Assembly: GCF_009914755.1 (NCBI RefSeq)
Contig: NC_060925.1
DNA from: the human T2T-CHM13v2.0 reference genome, Homo sapiens
DNA length: 64,000 nt
Reading direction: 5' to 3' (one strand)
Positions 53,528 through 64,000 of this stretch are shown piece after piece. The notes below the pieces were generated by a model. It was given only the letters and a program-made list of their open reading frames with translations. It was not told the origin of the DNA and did not search any database. Numbering within the stretch: position 1 is the stretch's first letter; every line of letters begins with the position of its first letter. The position numbers and the translations under genes are program-made.

Positions 53528-54326
53528 ACCCTCTAACCTGTGAATTCCTTTATGACAAAGGCAGTATCTTGCTCATCTTTCAAACCCTAATACCTAACAC
53601 AGTGATTGGCACAAAAATAACTCAATAAATGCTTGCAAAATAAATGAGCAGTGGCAACTACCCCATGTAGAGCCTAGGGGAGCATAAAATCATAGCCAGC
53701 CATTGCTTAATAAATGTGAACTTGATCGTCCTTTCTGAACTGTAATTCCAGCTCTAGGTTTATCCTAGGAAGGCTTTTCCAGGGGCACCAGGAAGACAGG
53801 AAGATTGCCAAAATGTTTATAGTAGGATTGTTTATAAGAGCCCCAAATGGAAACAACCCAAATATCTACAAACAGTAGAACAGATAAGTGTATTGTAGTA
53901 TAGTCATTCAATAGAATACCATATGTCAATGTAAATGAATGAATTACAGCCCACATGTCAATACATGTGAATCTCAAAACACAAGCCTAAGTGAAATGAG
54001 TAATTCAGAAAATAATTCATTTAGTGTGGATCCACTTATACAAAATTCAAAGTCAGGAAAAATGAAACAATACTCTGTTTAAAGTTGCATACATATATTG
54101 TAATACATTAAAGAAAAGCAAGGAAATGATTAACATACATTTTCAAATAGTGGTTATTTCTGGGGTGATGGAGGGAAATACAACTGGAGAAGAAAATTCA
54201 GGGAGCTCTAAACTTATTGGTACTATTCCATTTCTTAAACTTGATGATGAGTACATGACTATATTATTACTAATCTTTAAAAGGGTTATATATAATATTC
54301 ACATTCATATATTTCATAATAAAAGG

Positions 54327-54638
54327 GTTTTTTGTTTGTTTGTTTTTTTGAGACAGGGCCTCACTCTGTTGCCCAGGCTAGAGAGCAGTGGCGGGATCTC
54401 AGCTCACTGCAGGCTCAACTTCCTGGGCTCAACTGATTCTTCCACCGCAGCCTCCTGAGTAGCTGGGACTACACGCACCCACCAACACACCGGGCTAATT
54501 TTTGTATTTTTTTTTTTTTGTAGAGACGGGGTTACACCATGTTGCCCAGGCTGGTCTCAAACCCCTGGGCTGAAGCAATCCACCTATCTCGGCCTCCCAA
54601 AGTGCTGGTATTACAGGCATAAGCCACTGTGCTTGGCC
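54327..54638 (-). mobile_element. Alu (AluJ-like) at the end of an old L1 3' fragment (~53810-54320)
   Basis: Alu dimer; TTTCAYAATAAAA flanking duplication. Confidence 0.88.
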
Positions 54639-55770
54639 CAATTTCACAATAAAAAGTTTCAAACAACAAACCAAGAGCAGACAAACCCAACGGAAGCTCT
54701 CCGCAGCACTTCTGCCCTGGGTCTGTCTTTGGAGGTGGGAAGCAACATGTTGCGAAGCGCAGGGCTCTCGGGCAGTCTGATTGTCCTTGCAGTGAGTGAG
54801 TCTGCTGGAGTATGAAGCAGGATCCATTGCACTGTGCCCATCTGCTTGAGGGGTCTGCCTATAGTGTGAGCAAGGGCCATGGAAGGGCAGGTGTCCTTGG
54901 TCCAGGGAACAGTGTCTCTCCATAGGATCACTTCTTTCTGGGCATCCTTAAAGGGGAAATAAATTAACAGCCCTACCCTGTAACCGCAAACTATGGTTTC
55001 CCAAGGGTCTGTGCCCAGTGGGTGCTGGTGCCCATTAACAGACAGCTTCTTTGGGGCCACTCATCAACAGGACCTTGTTAAAAGTAAGGATTGAGCCTCT
55101 GGGAGATTACAGAGCTAGCCATTCAACAAGTCCAGCTTAGAGTTTTCTCAGAAAGTAAGGGAGGAAGAAAGCTTTTGACTAGGTCCCTGACAGATAATCT
55201 AGGTCCTCATTCCAGAGTCACACAAGGCATGCTAGTTAAATTGCCCAGGTTGTGAAATCCCAGGAGGACCTGCCTCTTGCTAGCTCTGTGTCTATAAGCA
55301 AAGTTCTTCATCTCTCTAGGCCCATCTGCTCACCTGTAAAATGGAGATAATAGTAGTATGTACCTAGGAGGCCAATGTGAAGATTAAGAAAGATAATGCA
55401 TGTTAAGCCTCTAGTGAGGCCCACAGAGGAAGCTCCATAAATATTTGATATTAAATGAATGCCCTCTGGTCAAGACTTGCCAGCCTGAGAAGAGGCCATG
55501 CTCTGAGCACTCACATTCTCGAGATGTAATTGTGATGGTGACAAGATGGCCATTCCACAGGGAGGCCAGTTGACTGGTGCTCAAGGAATGACCAGGTGGC
55601 CTGACCTTGATGGGCTCACCATGTTCTAGGGTCTGACACTGAGCTTTCTTAGTCTCGTAACTCAATTTTGTCCACGTATCCAGAAGGAATCCATTGGGAA
55701 CCCATTGGGAGACTGATATGAAAATCAGGACACCAATTTATTAATTTACCATGGGAAATAGCAGTGCTTG

Positions 55771-56372
55771 GGGGCCAAGTGTGGTGGCTCACAGATGTCA
55801 TCCCAACACTTTGGGAGGCCGAGGCAGGGGGATTGCTTGAGGCCAGGCATTCGAGACCAGCATGGGAAACACAGAGAGACCCTGTGTCGACAAAAACAAT
55901 TTTTTTTTTCTGAGGCAGGGTCTCGCTCTGTTGCCCAGGCTGGAGTGCAGTGGCATGATCTTGGCTGACTGCAGCCTCCTCCTGTCAGGCTCAACTGATC
56001 CTCCCACCTCAGCCTCCCAAGTAGTTGAGGCTACAGGCATGCACAGGATGCTACAAGCATGCCAGGATAATTTTTGAATTTTTTGTATAGATGGGGTTTC
56101 GCCATGTTGCCCAGGCTGGTCTTGAACTCCTGGGGTCAAGCAATCCCCTTGGCTTGCCCTCCCAAAGTGCTGAGATTACAGATGTGGGCTACCACACCCA
56201 ACCATTCTACAAAAAATTTAAAAAAGTTAGGTAGTCATGGTGGCATGGGCCTGTAGTCCCAGAGGTTGAGGTGGGAGGATGGCTTGAGCTCAGGGCTGCA
56301 ATGAGTTGTGATTGTGCCACTGCACTCCAGCCTGGGTGACAGAGTGAGACTCCGTCTCTTTAAAAAAAGACA
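55771..56372. mobile_element. Plus-strand Alu split at its A-rich linker by an antisense Alu (~55899-56201)
   Basis: Left monomer 55771-55895, reverse Alu, then right monomer 56205-56372; TC(G/T)ACAAAAA repeated at both junctions. Confidence 0.85.
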
Positions 56373-57522
56373 AAAGAGAGAGAGAGCGAAATAGCAGTGC
56401 TTGGTAGACTGAAATTTGAAATCTACTAGGCAGGGCTGTTGTCCTTTTAGGAAAAGGGATGGGAAACCAGCTGAGAATCTGAAGCTACAGGGAGAGCAAG
56501 GAACCAGCATCTGGGGTGAGGACAAAAGGATCTTAACGGCCAAAGTTACCTCTATTTGGCACCACCCTACTCCTCCTTTCCCTCTGGCCTATTGGCAGAG
56601 TGGAGCTTCTGAAGCAGGCTGCAAGTTGCCTTTGACTCTGATCTTGTTATGGGGTCAAGAACAATCTTTGCTTTTAAAATCTGGCTACTTATTAAATCTT
56701 TGAAGTTCGAAAGATTGACTAGGGCTTGGGGAGTTCATTCCATAGCCTGGAAATAAATTGCCCTATTGTCCACTAGATGGTGTTCAAAATACACACACAC
56801 GCCCAGCACAGGCAACTCTGGAAACACACAAATCAACCTAATGAGGTGTGATGTTGATGAAAGAAACCCGCAAGATCTACTCCAGCCTGGGTTGGTTGTC
56901 TTGTTTAATTTGCCGGCAGCACACTTGGAGAAGAGATTTGGAAACTGGCAGGAGAGGAGGAAGATGCGCCTTTTAGACAATCCCTCTGGTTGCATTGTGA
57001 GGAAAGCTGCAAGGCTGCAGGCAGAGAAAATTGGGAGCTGTTGGAGCCATCCTGGTGAGAGGTGATGGCGGCCTGGACCAGGACAGTGGCAGTGGGAGGA
57101 GAGAAGAGGATAGTCCTAGGAGGCAGAAAAGGCAGGGGTTTGAGGGCAGACTGGATATAGCACTCTTTGAATTTGCTAGTTTCAATTTTTTTTTTTTATT
57201 TTTTGTTGTTTGTTTTTTCCTCTGCACGTTGTAAGCTCTGAAAGAGCAGAGATGTGGGCTTATCAGTGTATTTCCGGTGCTGCACAGAGTAGATACTCAA
57301 TAGACTTTTTGGATAACAATGAATAACAGAGCTAACATTTTTTGCATGATGATGTGAGCCCTTCTAAGCACTGTACATGTATTAATTTCATTTATTACCC
57401 CTCAAATACACACCTGGGCCCTGGCCCAGATCCAAATCTCTGGGACAGAAACCTAGGCCAGTGTATTTTGAAAATCCTCCACAGGAAATCCTTTTCTTTT
57501 TAAATTTTTAATTATTATTTTT

Positions 57523-59123
57523 AGACACGGGGGTCTCACTATGTTGCCCATTCTGCAGTACGGTGATTACTCACAGGTGCGGTTCCACTACTGATCAGAA
57601 CGGGAGTTTTGAACTGCTCCGTTTTTGACCTGAGTCAGTTCACCCCTCCTTAAGCAACCTGGTGGCCCCTTGCTCCCAGTGTGTCCGGGATTGGTGGGTT
57701 CTCGGTCTCACTGACTTCAAGAATGAAGCCGCGGACCCTCGCGGTGAGTGTTACATTACAGCTCTTAAGGTGGCGCGTCTGGAGTTTGTTCCTTCTGATG
57801 TCCGGATGTGTTAGGAGTTTCTTCTTTCTGGTGGGTTCGTGGTTTCGCTGGCTCAGAAGTAAAGCTGCAGACCTTGGCGGTGAGTGTTACAGCTCATAAA
57901 AAAAGCGTGGACCCAAAGAGTGAGCAGTAGCAAGATTTATTGCAAAGAGCGAAAGAACAAAGCTTCCACACTGCAGAAGAATATCCCAGGAGGGTTGCCG
58001 CTGCTGGCTCCGGCAGCCTACTTTTATTCTCTTATCTGGCCCCACCCACGTTCGCTGACTGGTAGAGCCCAGTGGTCTGTTTTGACAGGGCGCTGATTGG
58101 TGCGTTTACAATCCCTGAGCTAGACACAAAGGTTGTCGAAGGCCCCACCAGAGTAGCTAGATACAGAGTGTCCATTGGTGCACTCACAAACCCTGAGCTA
58201 GACACAGTGTGCTGATTGGTGTGTTTACAAACCTTGAGCTAGAGACAGAGTGCCGATTGGTGTATTTACAATCCCTGAGCTAGACATAAAGGTTCTCCAC
58301 GTCCCCACCAGACTCAGGAGCCCAGCTGGCTTCACCCAGTGGATCACGCACCGGGGCTGCAGGTGGAGCTCCCTGCCAGTCCCGCGCCATTTGGCCGCGC
58401 TTCTCAGCCTTTGGGTGGTCGATGGGACTGGGCACCATGGAGCAGGGGTGGCGCTCGTCAGGGAGGCTCGGGCTGCACAGGAGCCCATGGAGGGGGTGGG
58501 AGGCTCAGGCATGGCGGGCTGCAGGTCCCGAGCCCTGCCCCTCGGGAAGGCAGCTAAGGCCCGGGAGAAATCGAGCACAGCGCCGGTGGGCTGGCACTGC
58601 TGGGGGACCCAGTACACCCTCCGCAGCCGCTGGCCCGGGTGCTAAGTCCCTCATTGCCCGGGGCTGGCAGGGCCAGCTGGCTGCTCCGAGTGCGGGGCCG
58701 CCAAGCCCACGCCCACCGGAACTCCAGCTGGCCCGCAAGCCCCGCGCGCAGCCCTGGTTCCCGCTCACTCCTCTCCCTCCACACCTCCCTGCAAGCTGAG
58801 GGAGCCGGCTCTGGCCTTGGCCAGCCCAGAAAGGGGCTCCCACAGTGCAGCGGTGGGCTGAAGGGCTCCTCAAGTGCCACCAAAGTGGGAGCCCAGGCAG
58901 AGGAGGCGCCGAGAGCGAGCGAGGGCTGTGAGGACTGCCAGCACGCTGTCACCTCTCACCAGGAGGTCACCATATTGATGCCAGACTTAGTGTGGACACC
59001 CCACTGGCATAGCGCACTACAGCCCAGAACTCCTGGGCTCAATCCACCCTCTGGGCTCAAGCAGTCCTCTTGCCACAGCCTCCCAAGTAGCTGGGACTAC
59101 AGGTACACGCTTCTGTGCCTGGC
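57523..59123 (-). pseudogene. 7SL (SRP) RNA processed pseudogene split by an LTR12: 3' part 57523-57679, 5' part 58959-59123
   Basis: S-domain sequences absent from Alu (CCACTACTGATCAG..CGGGAGTTTTGA..TGCTCCGTTT, TTCACCCCTCCTTAAGCAACCTGGTGG, GGAGGTCACCATATTGATGCC..ACTTAGTG) join seamlessly once the LTR is removed; T-rich tail 57491-57522. Confidence 0.93.
57680..58958 (-). mobile_element. Solo ERV9 LTR (LTR12, probably LTR12C), 1279 bp, intact ends
   Basis: Minus strand begins TGAGAGGTGACAGCGTGCTGGCAGTCCTCACAGCCCTCGCTCGC and ends CCCACCAATCCCGGACACA; CCAG duplicated at 57676-57679 and 58959-58962; repeated CCAAT units. Confidence 0.95.
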
Positions 59124-59903
59124 TCCACAGGCAGCCCCGAAATCCTTCAGACTGCTGCCCGTGTTCTCTTGTCTCCTTTCTCCCTTTCTTCACGGAACAC
59201 TGCAAGCCCCACACAAGTCTCCTCATTCCTATCCCTCCTGGGAATTGTGCCCATCATGGAGTCAGCCCTGGTCCCTCATGCACAGAAGCCCTGCCCACTA
59301 GGTGGCCTCCAGGGAGGCTGTCCTTGGCACCCTGGCTCCTGACTCTCCTTGCAGGGTGGGTACCTGGCCTCTGACCTTACCCCTACACTTAGTCCTCAGG
59401 CCCACTGTTGCACATCCTGGCCTTCCTTGTACCTTCTTGCAGTTCACTTTCTTCAGCATCCACAGCGGCCCCAACTTCAGTCCCTTTGGGCCTCATTTCA
59501 GCTACCATATGCTCTCCTACCAGTGCTTGGAGCACACAAAGTCCAGACAGCAGAGCGGTGCGGGGACCTGGGCCCACAGGGGCCCACATATAGAGCCATT
59601 GGCAAGGCCTTAGCTCTTGCTGTTCCCTCTCCAACAAAAGTGCAAACCGTAATTGCATTTAGTTCAGTTCAACAGTCATTCATCAAGTACCTACAGTGCA
59701 CCAGGCATAGTAGTAGGCCCATCACCTATTACCAAAGTGAATAAGATACCTGGTTTGCACCCAAGCACCTCACCTCTGCAGGTGCGGCCACATAGGCATC
59801 TAACTGTTACAAGGCACCTGCTAGAGAAAAGGTGCAGCATGTACAGGGAGAAGGAAGATATTGATTAATCTGGGGAGCTCCATGGTCCTTTAAAACTCAG
59901 CTC

Positions 59904-60200
59904 AGGCTGGACGCAGTGGCTCACGCCTGTAATCCCAGCACATTGGGAGGCTGAGGCGGGTGGATCACCTGAGGTCAGGTGTTTGAGACCAGCCTGGCTA
60001 ACATAGTGAAACCCCGTCTCTACTAAAAATACAAAAATTAGCCAGGCGTGATGGAACACACCTGTAATCCCAGTTACTCGGGAGGCTGAGCAGGAGAATT
60101 GCTCGAGCCCGGGAGACGGAGGTTGCAGTGAGCCGGGATCGTGCCACTGCTCTCTAGCCTGGCCGACAGAGCGAGACTCTGTCTTAAAAAAAAAAAAAGA
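59904..60200 (+). mobile_element. Alu (AluS-like)
   Basis: Alu dimer; AAAACTCAGCTCA target-site duplication. Confidence 0.95.
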
Positions 60201-60861
60201 AAACTCAGCTCAAATGTCATCTCCTCCCAGAAAACCTTAAAGCCCCATAGGCAGAGCCCAGGGTTGAAGAAGAACCCCAACATTGGGCTCCCAGGCCCTG
60301 ATAGCATTTACTGCACTGTAAGGAGTGCATGGTTCCCGGGGGTCACCTGTCTGTGAGCAGCTTCAGGTAGGCCCCAGATGTCTCCATCTTTCCCTTCCCA
60401 GAAACCAGGGCATGGTGCATAGTTGGTACTCTGTCTTTGCTTGTGGAGTGAAAAGGAGGTGCCATTTAAGAGGAGTCTTTGTGAACAGGGAGGATTTAGA
60501 AGGTGAAGACAGTGGTAGCGGTGCAGGGAGCAGGGTGAGATTAAGAAGGACAGAGGCAAAGGCATGAGGCCCGGGCTGTTTTGGTGTCCCCTCCCTGCCT
60601 TACTCTCTGGGGCATCTGAGCAGGAGGGACCCCCACTCTGCCTCCAGAATGCTGAGTTTTCAGGGACACCCTTCTCACTTAGAGCCAGGTACACATGCCC
60701 ACGGTTTACACCACTGTGCCCTGGCTCTCTGCTGCTGGACGTTTGCATGGCCTCGAAGGGCAGGTGTGTGGTCAACCTAACATTGCTTTGCCTAAGTGTG
60801 TTCCCATCCTTTCTCTCCCTCCCCAGCAGCTGTAGCTGAGCCTGTTGGTCTCATCCCTGTG

Positions 60862-61003
60862 TGAACTTTAGAATCACCAGGGGAGCTTTTTGAAAATACA
60901 GATGCTTTATTTAATTGGTCTGGGGTGGGGCTCAGGCATCATTAATTTTTAAAGCTCCCCAGGTGACTCCAATGTGCAGCCAGTGTGGAGAAGCACTAGG
61001 CTA
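60862..61003. mobile_element. MER5-like hAT DNA transposon remnant
   Basis: TAGAATCACCAGGGAGCTTTT...AAAGCTCCCCAGGTGACTCCAATGTGCAGCC. Confidence 0.7.
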
Positions 61004-61604
61004 GCGCCCGCCTGGGGCAGAACTCTTCCTACCCGCACCTCTCCTCCAGCACTCTTTGATCTCTCCAAGCCTCCTTTCCAGTAGTTTCATCTCAAGCAGT
61101 GTCTCCCTGGGCTCCTTCGTGTCCGCACATCCCAGAGCCCTCTCAGCACTGAATTATACACATCCTAGCAGACAACTGCTGTGTGAATTACTGAGGGCAG
61201 AGCTGTAAAGACATCTCCTGGCAAATAAATTAAAGCGTTCAATCATTCAGCCAAGAGCCAAGGCAGAGAGACGCTGAGCCCCTAGAGAGAAGGGAGCTGG
61301 GGAGAGAGCGTGGGGGAAGGGGAGAGGGAGTGAGAGGCTGTCTCACTGAGAGAAGCCACAGGGGTCGGGGGAGGGAGGAGTGCAGGAAGTGTGCTGGGGG
61401 CACATGTCACAGCGAGCCAAAAGGGTCCTCCCTCCCTTGAGTCACCTCTTTGGTAGGCTGGGATGAATGACACATGTCTGGGACAGGGAGGGAGGCCCAG
61501 GCAGGCAGCCGCCGGTGTGCCCACTGCTTGGGGGATGGACTAACTGGGCACAGTCACTTCTCCAGGTGGGCAATGTGCTGTTAGCCTATTAACAGTGGGG
61601 TGTC

Positions 61605-61852
61605 TGGACTGAGTATGGTGGCTCTCAGCACTTTGGGAGGCTGAGGCAGGGGGATTGCTTGAGACCTGGAGTTCGAGACCAGCCCGGGCAACATATGAGA
61701 CCCCGTCTCCACAAATAATACAAAAATTGGCCAGGTGTGGTGGTGCTCACCAGTAGTCCCAGCTACATGGGAGGCTGAGGCAGGAGGATCACTTGAGTCC
61801 AGGAGTTCTAGACCAGCCTGGGCCATAGAGAGAGACCCCATCTCAAAAAAAA
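61605..61852 (+). mobile_element. Degenerate Alu (AluJ-like)
   Basis: Alu motifs with an A-tract; GTGTCTGGA/ATGTCTGGA flanks. Confidence 0.82.
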
Positions 61853-63206
61853 GTGGATGTCTGGAATGCCGCCCTCCTTGCCAGGCAGCCTGTCTATTCT
61901 CTGCAGCCATTCGGGGTCTGAGCCAGAAGTTTCTTTCCTGAGGAACAAGGATCCTGCCTCTCCAGGCCTAGGACACAGGCCAATAGGACTTCTAGGGGCA
62001 GGGGCTCCTGGGAGCTCACAACCCACTCTCGTTTAATGCACTGCTAAGTGACACCCCCAACAGCAGCACTGGCTTTGAGCAGAGGACTGGGACATGATCA
62101 GATGGGATTGGCTCCTCAGCCTGACACCCATGCACCAGGCACTGGGGGCTCAGTGCTGATGTCTTGACCTTGAGGAATCACGGCCTCATGATAGAGGCCT
62201 GGGGATCCCCGCGGGGCACAGGGAGATCAGAAGTGGTGGTGGCACATTTGCACTCACTGCAACACATCATTACAGCATGCCTGTCTTTCTCTGTCAGCAA
62301 GTATCTGGGGCCTTTGTCCAGGAACTCTCATCAGGGAGTCAGCTACTGGCCATAGATCTGTTCCACAAGGCTGTCCTGTCTGCAGACTCTGCCGGGCAGT
62401 GTGGTGAGAGAGCTGGCGAGGCATGGTGACCTTGGGATGGGTGCCCCGGAGCAGTGCTGGCTCTGTTCCTTGACCATAGATGGTGCCTTGGCTGGCAGTT
62501 CATCATCTATGCCCTTGGTGGTCGTGGTGGGGTGCTGAGCCAAGCCTTTTCCACTCACCAGACAATCAGATGCCCAAACACACCGTTGCAGGCCAGGAGC
62601 TTCATTGTAACACCCTAAGGGCAGCTTGGTTCTGGTTCTGGAAGGCCCTCAGCAGGCAGTGGTAACCCCAGCACGAACAGGAATTGCATCCTAGTGGGGG
62701 AGAGTTCTGTGAAGTCACTGATAGACCAGCTGCTCGGTTAGGTGGCCGGTGGGTGGCACTCTTAAAGTTTCATGGTTACAAAAATTAGACGATCATGGTG
62801 GTGGACGCCTGTAATCCCAGCTACTTGGGAGGCTGGGGCAGGGGGAATTGCTTGAACCCGGGAGGCGGAGGTTGCAGTGAGCTGAGATTGCGCCACTGCA
62901 CTCCAGCCTGGGCAACAGAGTGACACTCCGTCTCAAAAAAGAAAACAAATGTTTCATGGAGTATTTGCGAGCTAAACAATGGGTACATGTGGACACAGAG
63001 AATGGAATAATAAACACTGGAGACTCCAAAAGATGGGAGTATAAGCAGTGGGTAAGGGCTGAAAAATTACCTATTGGGTACAATGTTCACCATAGTGACG
63101 GGTTCACTAAAAGCCTAGACTTTACCACTATGCCATATATGCAAGTAAGAAACCTGCACTTTTACCCCCCAAAATGTATATATTAACATTCTACAATTCA
63201 CTTTAA

Positions 63207-63618
<412 letters not shown>

Positions 63619-63696
63619 TAAGTTTGGATTGGCTAATTGTTAAATTAAGTCAATACTTTGCTTGGACCATGTTTAAGAGTTTAAATATACATATAT

Positions 63697-64000
63697 ATCT
63701 ACAAAGAACACAAACAAATTTACAAGAAAAAAAAATCCCATCAAAAAGTGGGCAAAGGATATGAACAGACACTTCTCAAAAGAAGACATTTATGCAGCCA
63801 ACAGACACATGAAAAAATGCTCATCATCACTGGCCATCAGAGAAATGCAAATCAAAACCACAATGAGATACCATCTCACACCAGTTAGAATGGCGATCAT
63901 TAAAAAGTCAGGAAATGACAGATGCTGGAGAGGATGTGGAGACATAGGAACGCTTTTACACTGTTGGTGGGACTGTAAACTAGTTCAACCATTGTGGAAG
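63697..64000 (+). mobile_element. 5'-truncated primate L1PA (ORF2 3' region), continues past the window end
   Basis: Near-consensus AAGTGGGCAAAGGATATGAACAGACACTTCTCAAAAGAAGACATTTATGCAGCCAACAGACACATG. Confidence 0.92.

Noticed and set aside
58090-58290. Regularly spaced ~41-bp repeats (GAGCTAGACAC...GATTGGTG...TTTACAA) resembling a CRISPR-like array
   Set aside because: These are the standard ERV9 LTR U3 enhancer repeats; eukaryotic context, no unique spacers, no cas genes
57523-59123. Possible functional 7SL ncRNA gene
   Set aside because: Interrupted by a 1.3-kb LTR, many substitutions and a poly-A-derived tail; it is a retrocopy
58639-59301. Longest ORF in the track (220 aa, plus strand) and the overlapping 120-132 aa ORFs at 58.2-59.0 kb
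   Set aside because: They lie on GC-rich LTR12 U3 and 7SL/Alu-like sequence; stop-poor by composition, with no recognisable domain

Overview
Human (or a nearly identical great-ape) genomic DNA. It carries the 5' two-thirds of PARP1 on the minus strand: coding exons 1-16 (codons 1-759; Zn1, Zn2, NLS/DEVD, Zn3, BRCT, WGR and most of the helical domain), all with GT-AG boundaries, plus the CpG-island promoter near 39.7-40.4 kb. The remaining ~24 kb of upstream DNA is repeat-rich. It holds a decayed processed HMGB1 pseudogene (~43.4-44.4 kb, minus) and a 7SL RNA retrocopy split by an intact solo ERV9/LTR12 LTR with a CCAG target-site duplication, oriented towards PARP1. This is a well-studied locus and I cannot demonstrate a new biological system from sequence alone. 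The two best leads are hypotheses in which transposons rewire PARP1 transcripts. (1) An LTR12 promoter could splice through a cryptic exon (Alu-derived acceptor, perfect AAG/GTAAGT donor in the HMGB1 pseudogene) into PARP1 exon 2. (2) Exon-2 read-through into intron 2 gives a 155-aa Zn1-only ORF followed by a sense-oriented LTR poly(A) signal. Exon coordinates were checked against splice dinucleotides and reading frame. Repeat boundaries and subfamily names were recognised by eye and are approximate.
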